61,616 nt of DNA from an uncultured beta proteobacterium (GTDB taxonomy: Bacteria; Pseudomonadota; Gammaproteobacteria; Burkholderiales; SG8-41): contig CAIWNB010000150.1 in NCBI GenBank assembly GCA_903913965.1, forward strand, positions 1 to 61,616, written 5' to 3'. How positions within the stretch are numbered: position 1 is the stretch's first letter; every line of letters begins with the position of its first letter. A model generated the notes under the pieces. That model was not told the DNA's origin. It ran no database searches and saw only the letters and a program-made list of their open reading frames with translations. The position numbers were made by a program, and so were the translations under genes. Below, piece after piece: positions 54,729 to 61,616 of this stretch.

Positions 54729-55745
54729 TCAGCTGCTACAAGCAAACGGATCGGACGAGGCCGCCGCAGTGGTAGCCGGCGCGGCAACGCCGATACTCTC
54801 GAGCTTCACGCCACGCCGCACGGCGGTCATTTCAGCGATGATAGCGACGGCAATTTCCGCCGGCGTTTTACTGCCGATTTTCAGCCCGACCGGGCCATGC
54901 AAACGGGCGATCTCCGCGGCAGACAAATCAAAATCGGCAAGCCGTTTGCGGCGCTTTTCGTTGTTGGCACGCGAACCCAGGGCGCCGACGTAAAACGCCG
55001 GCGACTTCAAAGCTTCAGTCAGCGCCGCATCATCAAGCTTGGGGTCATGCGTGACGGCTACCACCGCCAGATGCGGATCGGCATTCAACTCCAGCACCGC
55101 GTCATCCGGATAACTGCGACTGAAATTGACGCCCGTCACCGTCCATTCGTCGGCATATTCTTCGCGCGGGTCGCAAACCGTCACCTGATAATCCAGCGCC
55201 TGCGCAAACTGGGCAAGAAAGCGCGAAGTCTGGCCGGCGCCGATGATCAACAAACGCCAGCGTGGCCCGTGGATGCTGCGCAATACTTTGCCATCAAAAT
55301 CCAGCAGATCCGACCAGCGCCCGGATTCCAGCGTCACCACGCCAGATTGCATATCGAGACTGCGTGCAACCAGTTCGTGCCGGCCGATGATTTCGAGCAA
55401 TTCCTTCAACTGGGATTCAGGCCGTACCGGCTCCAGCACCAGTTGCAGAGTGCCGCCGCAGGGCAGACCAAAACGCGCCGCCTGTTCGGTGGTCACCCCA
55501 TAGGTAACCACCTCCGGTGCACCGCCCTTCATCTGGTGGGCCTTGACGCGCTCAATCAAATCATCCTCGACGCAGCCCCCCGAAACCGAGCCGACAACAT
55601 GGCCGTCGTCGCGAATCACCAGCATCGCACCGATCGGTCGCGGCGCCGAACCCCAGGTCCGCACCACCGTCGCCAGGGTGGAACGATGCCCCGCATCGAG
55701 CCAGGCAATGGCACTCTTGATGACTTCGGTATCTACACTATCCAT
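54729..55745 (-). CDS. XdhC/CoxI family molybdoenzyme maturation protein
   Basis: ATG at 55745 (MDSVDTEVIKSAIAWLDAGHRSTLATVVRTWGSAPRP), with a second Rossmann-like half (LLIIGAGQTS...THDPKLD). The ORF-track start at 55790 adds 15 unconserved aa. Confidence 0.8.
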   Translation of the reverse strand: MDSVDTEVIKSAIAWLDAGHRSTLATVVRTWGSAPRPIGAMLVIRDDGHVVGSVSGGCVEDDLIERVKAHQMKGGAPEVVTYGVTTEQAARFGLPCGGTLQLVLEPVRPESQLKELLEIIGRHELVARSLDMQSGVVTLESGRWSDLLDFDGKVLRSIHGPRWRLLIIGAGQTSRFLAQFAQALDYQVTVCDPREEYADEWTVTGVNFSRSYPDDAVLELNADPHLAVVAVTHDPKLDDAALTEALKSPAFYVGALGSRANNEKRRKRLADFDLSAAEIARLHGPVGLKIGSKTPAEIAVAIIAEMTAVRRGVKLESIGVAAPATTAAASSDPFACSS

Positions 55746-55961
55746 AATGGTTGCCGTTAATGTTATTGCGCAAGAGCGCGATACGATCAAGGGTAGTGCA
55801 GGCCCAGTAGCCGGTCAAGCACACAGGTCAAGCGCAATTGTTGCGATTACGGCAGGCGATTGCGGCAGGCCTTAGCCTAGACTAGGATAAGCGCGGCCCG
55901 AACTGCCGAAAATCTCAAGCCTGTGCCGATCAATGCGACCAAATGCGGATAACTTCACTCG

Positions 55962-57302
55962 ATGAATACCGGTTCATTTTTTAAAGGCCTGCTGGACAAG
56001 GTTGCGGCCCCCGCAGACCCCGCACGCGGAGCGGCACGGCGCGCGCGGGAAGTGGCAGAACTATGTCATTCATTACTCTCCGGACGCGGCGAGGTTTCAG
56101 GCGCCGCACTGGCACGCGAACTGCTCGCCGCCTATGCCGGCCTACCCGCCGCAGCGCACACCCCGTTTCTGAGTTTGCTGGCCTCGGATTTTTCACCGGA
56201 TGCGGCAGCCATATCCCGCGCCGCCGATACATTTGCCGATGAACCGTCGCCGCATCACTTGATTGCTTTGCAGCGCGCCGTTGAATCACCGCGTCAGGAG
56301 TTGTTCCGCCGGCTGAACGTAGCCCCGGGCGCAACCGCCATGCTGATTGAACTGCGACGGCGTTTATTGCGGGAGATTAAAGCCCATCCCCAACTCGCGG
56401 CGGTGGACTCTGACCTTGCTCATCTCTTCAGCTCCTGGTTCAACCGCGGCTTTCTCAAGCTCGAACGTATCGACTGGCGGACACCGGCGCTGGTCCTCGA
56501 AAAACTGATTGCTTATGAAGCGGTGCATGAGATTGCCGGCTGGAATGACTTGCGCCGGCGACTCGCTGCCGACCGTCGCTGCTTCGGGTTCTTCCATCCG
56601 GCACTGCCGGACGAGCCGCTTATTTTTATCGAAGTCGCTCTGACCAAACGCATCAGCTCGACCGTCGCACCGCTACTCGATCCGAACTCTCCTGTGGCTG
56701 ATCCGTTTCATGCAGACAGCGCCATTTTTTATTCCATTACCAATTGTCAGGACGGTCTGCGCGGAATTTCCTTCGGCAACTTGTTGATCAAACAAGTCGC
56801 TGCAGAGCTCAGTCGTGAGTTCCCTCGACTCAAAAATTTCGCCACCCTCTCGCCGATCCCGGGCTTTGCGCGCTGGCTGGAACAACAGGCCATCGGTAGT
56901 CCGGCGCTCGCCGCGTTGCTGTCCACACTGCAGACCACTGACTGGCATCTGCCAGCAGCGCAGGCAGAGACCTTGCGCGCTGCGCTCACATCGCAATGCG
57001 CGCGTTATTTGCTGCACGAAAAACTGGAAGGCAAACCCGTCGATCCAGTCGCGCGCTTTCATCTGGGCAACGGCGCACGTCTGGAAAACCTGCACTGGCT
57101 GGCCGACACCACACCGGCAGGCCTGCAACGTTCAGCAGGAATGATGGTCAATTACATCTACGACCTTGATGAGGTTGAGGCCAACCACGAAGCCTTTGTT
57201 GGCAACGGACGTATTGCCGCTTCGCACGCCATCAGAAAGCTGGCCCGTGAATACGAGAAGGCCGGCAACGGCGTTGAAGCCAAGCCGCAGCGCCGCAAGT
57301 AG
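55962..57302 (+). CDS. malonyl-CoA decarboxylase family protein
   Basis: 446 aa. SWFNRGFLKLERIDW, FATLSPIPGF and ARFHLGNGARLE are MCD family hallmarks as I recall them. Confidence 0.75.
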   Translation: MNTGSFFKGLLDKVAAPADPARGAARRAREVAELCHSLLSGRGEVSGAALARELLAAYAGLPAAAHTPFLSLLASDFSPDAAAISRAADTFADEPSPHHLIALQRAVESPRQELFRRLNVAPGATAMLIELRRRLLREIKAHPQLAAVDSDLAHLFSSWFNRGFLKLERIDWRTPALVLEKLIAYEAVHEIAGWNDLRRRLAADRRCFGFFHPALPDEPLIFIEVALTKRISSTVAPLLDPNSPVADPFHADSAIFYSITNCQDGLRGISFGNLLIKQVAAELSREFPRLKNFATLSPIPGFARWLEQQAIGSPALAALLSTLQTTDWHLPAAQAETLRAALTSQCARYLLHEKLEGKPVDPVARFHLGNGARLENLHWLADTTPAGLQRSAGMMVNYIYDLDEVEANHEAFVGNGRIAASHAIRKLAREYEKAGNGVEAKPQRRK

Positions 57303-57340
57303 TCGCGCCAAAATGCATCTGCGGTAGTAAAATCGGCGGC

Positions 57341-57787
57341 ATGGAAATCATCGGTCAGCAATTAATCCCCCAAGCCCAGGACAAGACCTGGAATGCCATC
57401 TGCGACCCGGCGGTGCTGCAAATTTGCATCCCCGGTTGCGACTCCATGATCAAGAATTCAGACTCTGAATTCGACCTGACCATGAGCGCACGTGTTGGTC
57501 CCGTCAGTGCAAAATTCAAGAGCAAGATCATGTTGACCAATGTCGACGCCCCCAACTCATATATGCTGATTTTCGAGGGGCAAGGCGGTGTGGCCGGTTT
57601 TGCCAAAGGACAGGCCGAGGTCAGACTGACCACCGAGGGCACATCAACACGCCTCGAGTACACGGCGAAAGCGACGATTGGTGGCAAGCTCGCACAGGTC
57701 GGCTCGCGACTGGTCGACGGGGTCGCCAAGAAACTCGCCGAGCAGTTTTTCACCGCCTTTAACAAGCACCTGTCTTCGCCGGACTAA
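57341..57787 (+). CDS. CoxG-like SRPBCC family protein
   Basis: 148 aa with CIPGCDS, ARVGPVSAKFKSKI and IGGKLAQVGSRLVDGVAKKLAEQFF. Confidence 0.8.
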   Translation: MEIIGQQLIPQAQDKTWNAICDPAVLQICIPGCDSMIKNSDSEFDLTMSARVGPVSAKFKSKIMLTNVDAPNSYMLIFEGQGGVAGFAKGQAEVRLTTEGTSTRLEYTAKATIGGKLAQVGSRLVDGVAKKLAEQFFTAFNKHLSSPD

Positions 57788-57886
57788 GTTCCCCGTTAGA
57801 CAAGCCGTCGTTAAGACCGCTCTCGCAGCAGGGCTGCTGCCCCGGGGTAATGGATATGCGCTTTGTCCAACGATAGAATGCAGCCG

Positions 57887-58855
57887 ATGAAAATATTCCC
57901 CGCGCTTGCGAGCCTCCTGCTCACCGTCCTCTGCACATCAGCATTGACGGCTGCTGCACAAAACTACCCCTCAAAACCTATCCGCATGATGGTTCCCGCC
58001 GCGCCAGGTGGCGTCACCGATATCGCGGCGCGCGCCATCGCACCACAAATGACCGAACTCCTGGGGCAACCGATCATCGTCGATAACCGTTCCGGTGCGG
58101 GCGGAGTACCGGGCACCGACATCGTGGCCAAGGCCTCCGCAGACGGTTACACCTTGCTGGCCGTCTTCGACAGTTTCATCTCCAATCCATTTGTGTTTGG
58201 TAACGCGCCCTACGACACACTCCGCGACTTTGCCCCCATCTCTCTGTTGATCCGCGGTCCGCAATTGTTGGTGGTACACCCAAAACTGGGCATCAAATCA
58301 TTCAACGACCTGCTTGCTGCAGCAAAGGCCCGCCGCGCCCCCTTTAACTTCGCCACTGCGGGTGCTGCCACCTCGAGCCGGCTCTCAGTGGAGTTATTCA
58401 AATCCACCACCCAGCTGGACGCCATGCTGATTCATTACAAAGGCGGCGGGCCCGCCCTGACCGATCTGGTTGGTGGCCACGTCGACGCGATGATCGCCTC
58501 GGCAGGGCTCGTGCTATCCCAGGTCAAAAGCGGCCGTCTGACGGTGCTGGCGGTCACCTCCCGCGAGCGCAGTGCACTGGTACCCGGAGTCCCCGCACTG
58601 AGCGAATTCGTGCCGCGCTTCGAAGCACTATCCTGGGTCGGTGTGCTGGCACCTGCCGGAACGCCACGGCCCGTGGTGGCGCGCTTGAACGAGGTGTTAC
58701 GCCAAGCGGTGGCTCAGCAAGACGCACGCGAACGCTTCGCCCAGCAGGGCTATGAAATCGTCGGCAGTACGCCCGAACAATTCGGGGCGTGGCTCAAAAG
58801 CGAGTCGGACAAGTGGGGCAAGATCATTCGAGAACGCGGCATCACCGCTGAATAA
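57887..58855 (+). CDS. Bug-family (TctC-like) tripartite tricarboxylate transporter substrate-binding protein
   Basis: Signal peptide followed by YPSKPIRMMVPAAPGGVTDIAAR, the Bug family signature. The start is uncertain (57863 TTG, 57878 ATG or 57887 ATG). No tctAB genes are adjacent. Confidence 0.8.
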   Translation: MKIFPALASLLLTVLCTSALTAAAQNYPSKPIRMMVPAAPGGVTDIAARAIAPQMTELLGQPIIVDNRSGAGGVPGTDIVAKASADGYTLLAVFDSFISNPFVFGNAPYDTLRDFAPISLLIRGPQLLVVHPKLGIKSFNDLLAAAKARRAPFNFATAGAATSSRLSVELFKSTTQLDAMLIHYKGGGPALTDLVGGHVDAMIASAGLVLSQVKSGRLTVLAVTSRERSALVPGVPALSEFVPRFEALSWVGVLAPAGTPRPVVARLNEVLRQAVAQQDARERFAQQGYEIVGSTPEQFGAWLKSESDKWGKIIRERGITAE

Positions 58856-58904
58856 GTGACACCACACCGGTTGTAATTCACGCGCGACAAGGGGAACCCG
58901 CACC

Positions 58905-59528
58905 ATGCTGAAAATCTGGGGACGTTGTAACTCCATTAATGTGCAGAAGGTATTGTGGTGCTGTGCGGAACTTGCGCTGCCCTTCGAACGGATCGACGCC
59001 GGCATGAAATTCGGCGTCAACAATACCCCCGAATACAGGACGATGAATCCAAACGGCCTGGTACCCACGATCAATGATGACGGTTTCGTGTTGTGGGAAT
59101 CGCACGCCATCGTGCGCTACCTGGCACGAAAAAACGGTTTGGGCAGCCTGTGCCCTGCCGATGCGCAGCAACACGCTGACGCTGACCGCTGGATGGATTG
59201 GTACGCGACAACCGTGTGGCCCAACCTGCAGCCGATTTTCTGGAACCTGGTGCGAACCGCTCCTGAACAGCGCAATCTGCCGCTGGTCGCCGACCTCACG
59301 AAAAAGGTCGCCGCCGCCATGGATCTGCTCAACAGCCATCTCGCCAACCACAGCTATGTGACCGGTGAAACATTCACCATGGGTGACATACCGCTGGGCT
59401 GCGCGCTGGCGCGCTGGCTTAATCTGCCTGTCGAACGCCCGGCCCACGCCCATCTCGACGCCTACTACCAACGCCTGCAACACCGGGACGCCTACCGCCA
59501 GTGGGTCAACGTGTTGCCGCTAACCTGA
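58905..59528 (+). CDS. glutathione S-transferase
   Basis: 207 aa with N-terminal thioredoxin-like domain (S at position 10; NPNGLVPTINDDGFVLWESHAIVRYLA). SD AAGGGGAA. Confidence 0.85.
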   Translation: MLKIWGRCNSINVQKVLWCCAELALPFERIDAGMKFGVNNTPEYRTMNPNGLVPTINDDGFVLWESHAIVRYLARKNGLGSLCPADAQQHADADRWMDWYATTVWPNLQPIFWNLVRTAPEQRNLPLVADLTKKVAAAMDLLNSHLANHSYVTGETFTMGDIPLGCALARWLNLPVERPAHAHLDAYYQRLQHRDAYRQWVNVLPLT

Positions 59529-59582
59529 AACGGTGGCAACGATGCAAGGCGAACTAAAACCCGCGGCGAAAAGAATACCCGC

Positions 59583-60407
59583 ATGCTGAAGCAATTCTTG
59601 CGAGAGCTTCGCGGTCGCGGCCAAGACAGCGCCGTCGACGCCATAGAATTTCCTTTAGAGCTCGAAGAAAAACTCAGTGCGCTGCACGTGACCGCACCGG
59701 TCGACCGGCATTTGGAAATGCTTTTTCGCGGAATCGATATCGGCGGAGAAAATTTCGCGCAGCTTTTCCAGCGTTGCCTGGCAGAAACACAAACGCCGCT
59801 CACCCCCTTCAATGTGTTCCATCGCTTCCAGAGCCGGCGCGATCTGCTGCAGTATTTTTTTTCAACCCTCGACATTCCCGGCGCACGTGCCGAATGCGGT
59901 GTTTACCGCGGCGCTACCGCACTACTGCTGGCGCGTGCGTGGCGCAGCCGGCACACGACGTTTGACGGCAACGGACTCTACCTCATCGACAGTTTTGTCG
60001 GCACCAGCGCATCCGGCCAACGGGATTTCATCCCGGTGCGCGACGGCAAGGGTTTACGTTACGAGCCTTTTTTCAAGGTAGCGCAAGCCGGCCTCACCCC
60101 CGAACTGGTGCGCGGCTACTTTGGTGAATTCCCACAGGTTGAAATCTGCGCAGACTGGATTCCACAGGTATTCATGCCGCTCACGCATTTGCGTTGGGCT
60201 TTTGTACACCTGGACGTCACGCTCTTCGCGCCGACACTGGCCGCATTGGAGTATTTTTATCCGCGCTTGAACGCGGGTGGCGTGATCGTCTGCGACGGCT
60301 CCCCCTTCTGCCCCGGCGCGCGCGCAGCATGGGATGAGTTCTGCGGCAAACTAAACCTACGCTATATCGTTCTGGGCAATCGCGAGACGGTACTCATACG
60401 CGAATAG
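59583..60407 (+). CDS. TylF/MycF-like class I SAM-dependent O-methyltransferase
   Basis: 274 aa. ECGVYRGATA...LYLIDSF...VHLDVTLFAPTLAALEYFYPRLNAGGVIVCDG matches the macrocin-O-methyltransferase fold pattern. Confidence 0.7.
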   Translation: MLKQFLRELRGRGQDSAVDAIEFPLELEEKLSALHVTAPVDRHLEMLFRGIDIGGENFAQLFQRCLAETQTPLTPFNVFHRFQSRRDLLQYFFSTLDIPGARAECGVYRGATALLLARAWRSRHTTFDGNGLYLIDSFVGTSASGQRDFIPVRDGKGLRYEPFFKVAQAGLTPELVRGYFGEFPQVEICADWIPQVFMPLTHLRWAFVHLDVTLFAPTLAALEYFYPRLNAGGVIVCDGSPFCPGARAAWDEFCGKLNLRYIVLGNRETVLIRE

Positions 60408-60412
60408 CGCTC

Positions 60413-61531
60413 TTAGCGAAACAGCTGCGCAGCCCGGATACGCAGTGCGTTGAACATGCCTCCAGCGTGTGCCGCGGTATCCGCGGATGCTGCCGGTTCA
60501 GGATAGTCAGCCATCAGGTATTGCGCTTTAACCGCTGCGGCCCATAGCGCACGCTCAATGTCGCGCGGCGACTGACGAGGGTAAGCGGCAATCTCTTCTG
60601 GCGGAAGCTGCCCGCCTTTGTGCAACAGTCCGTCATCGTCTAGCCGGTACCAAACCGCAGTCGCAGGATCAACGAATCGCCGGTCAAAAATGTGTATCAA
60701 TGAAATCTGCCTGCCCTTCGCTGCGCTTAACTCAACCATCGTGCCCAAGGGTGGAGACGCTCCACCGGCCGCCGTCATGCTGTGCAATACCATGCGATTT
60801 AACAACTCGAGCGATTGAAGGCGGGCCGCGTCAGGCGGCCAAGGACCTGTCGGCGCAGCAGTAACCTGCCACAACACGCCGCCCCAACGTATCACTGATT
60901 GCCGGTCGCCAAGCTCCAGGTAAAACGGATTGTCCTTACAAACCTCGCTCGCCCGGTAGCCATGGCACTCCAGCACCCAACGCTCCATCTCGTATTCATC
61001 GGTTGAATACGAGCCCCCAAGAAGGACCGTTCCTGCTTCCAGCAAACGGGTGAGCCCCGATGCGTCGAGCCAGCCCTGGTATTTTTGAAATCCCGGCTGA
61101 AACATCACCGCAAGATCAAACTTCACTTCTGCCTGTATCGACAAAAAATCCACCAGCGGCGCCCGTACACCAACAGCAGCAACCGCCGGCGCAATATCCG
61201 CAAGTGCCGATGAAAACGTCTGATCCAGCTCACTACCGACCAGCGTCACGTCGATTCGCAGCGCACTACCGAGCATGACGGCAACCGCTTGATACCAGCG
61301 CCCCTGGTCTGGCGCATCGGTCGATTCGGCACCAATCACTAAAATGGATAACTTCGACCGCTGCGCCAGCTGCGGTGCAAAAAGCGCAATACCGCGCGCC
61401 ACGGCAGCAGGCGCCGCCAAAACCGCCGCTGCATTCTGCGGTCGCGCATTGGCCAACCCGCGCCATTCTTCGTGTACCGCAATTTCCGCGATCAACGCTT
61501 CGAAGTCAGCACAACGTAGCACCGGTTCCAT
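60413..61531 (-). CDS. hypothetical protein (possible MSS51/DUF4470-like fold in N-terminal half)
   Basis: Long ORF with GC-rich third-position codon usage like its neighbours. The ATG at 61531 overlaps the TGA of an upstream ORF (TGATG), and a GTG at 61543 is also possible. I recognised no catalytic motif. Confidence 0.6.
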   Translation of the reverse strand: MEPVLRCADFEALIAEIAVHEEWRGLANARPQNAAAVLAAPAAVARGIALFAPQLAQRSKLSILVIGAESTDAPDQGRWYQAVAVMLGSALRIDVTLVGSELDQTFSSALADIAPAVAAVGVRAPLVDFLSIQAEVKFDLAVMFQPGFQKYQGWLDASGLTRLLEAGTVLLGGSYSTDEYEMERWVLECHGYRASEVCKDNPFYLELGDRQSVIRWGGVLWQVTAAPTGPWPPDAARLQSLELLNRMVLHSMTAAGGASPPLGTMVELSAAKGRQISLIHIFDRRFVDPATAVWYRLDDDGLLHKGGQLPPEEIAAYPRQSPRDIERALWAAAVKAQYLMADYPEPAASADTAAHAGGMFNALRIRAAQLFR

Positions 61532-61616
61532 CAGGCGCTCCACAAGATACCGACGACCGCTCCGGTCATGCAGGTTGCGAGCGTACCCGCAATAATGGAC
61601 TTCATACCCAGCCCGA
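61531..61616 (-). CDS. 3' end of an ORF ending in a glycine-zipper hydrophobic helix (partial or small membrane protein)
   Basis: The reverse frame reads ..GLGMKSIIAGTLATCMTGAVVGILWSA-stop. The stop overlaps the ATG of the downstream gene. It is truncated by the window edge. Confidence 0.3.
   Translation of the reverse strand, partial: GLGMKSIIAGTLATCMTGAVVGILWSA

Noticed and set aside
1-61616. Scan for CRISPR arrays, IS elements, integrases, phage or defence genes, toxin-antitoxin pairs, rRNA and additional tRNAs.
   Set aside because: I saw none by eye. Every large ORF is accounted for by housekeeping or metabolic families, and the intergenic regions are short. A computational repeat search would be needed to exclude short dispersed REP-type repeats.

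Overview
GC-rich, almost fully coding chromosomal segment. Gene content and order look betaproteobacterial: tpiA-secG-tRNA-Leu-nuo, ftsH-folP-glmM, carAB-greA, hrcA-hemH-grpE-dnaK-dnaJ, recN-nadK, and an orphan Bug/TctC binding protein. I saw no IS element, integrase, phage gene, CRISPR array or rRNA. One tRNA is present, tRNA-Leu(GAG). The main observation concerns the 14-gene complex I operon (nuoA-N, minus strand). It is split between nuoA and nuoB by a ~4.4 kb module. The module encodes an E. coli-type four-subunit quinol:fumarate reductase (frdABCD) and a UbiE/MenG-fold protein whose SAM motif I is degenerate (DVCAGTNA instead of DxxGGTGD). I read that protein as a candidate rhodoquinone-forming RquA. 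Complex I, a low-potential quinone maker and fumarate reductase would then be wired together as one NADH:fumarate respiration unit. Three sequence features fit this wiring. A perfect FNR-type box (TTGAT-N4-ATCAA) sits 41.5 bp upstream of the start site predicted from a -10 hexamer ahead of nuoA. A GC-rich hairpin with a T-rich tail follows nuoA. A near-consensus sigma70 promoter and short repeats lie in the 239-bp gap before nuoB. Other notes: two textbook sigma32 promoters (grpE, dnaK), an AT-rich palindrome island, a small RRM-like ORF, and an accessory-looking right end (xdhC, signal-peptide AlgH-like, malonyl-CoA decarboxylase, coxG, GST, TylF-like methyltransferase, and an uncharacterised protein that from memory resembles the MSS51/DUF4470 fold). 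All functional calls rest on motifs I recognised by eye in the supplied translations. No database search was possible.
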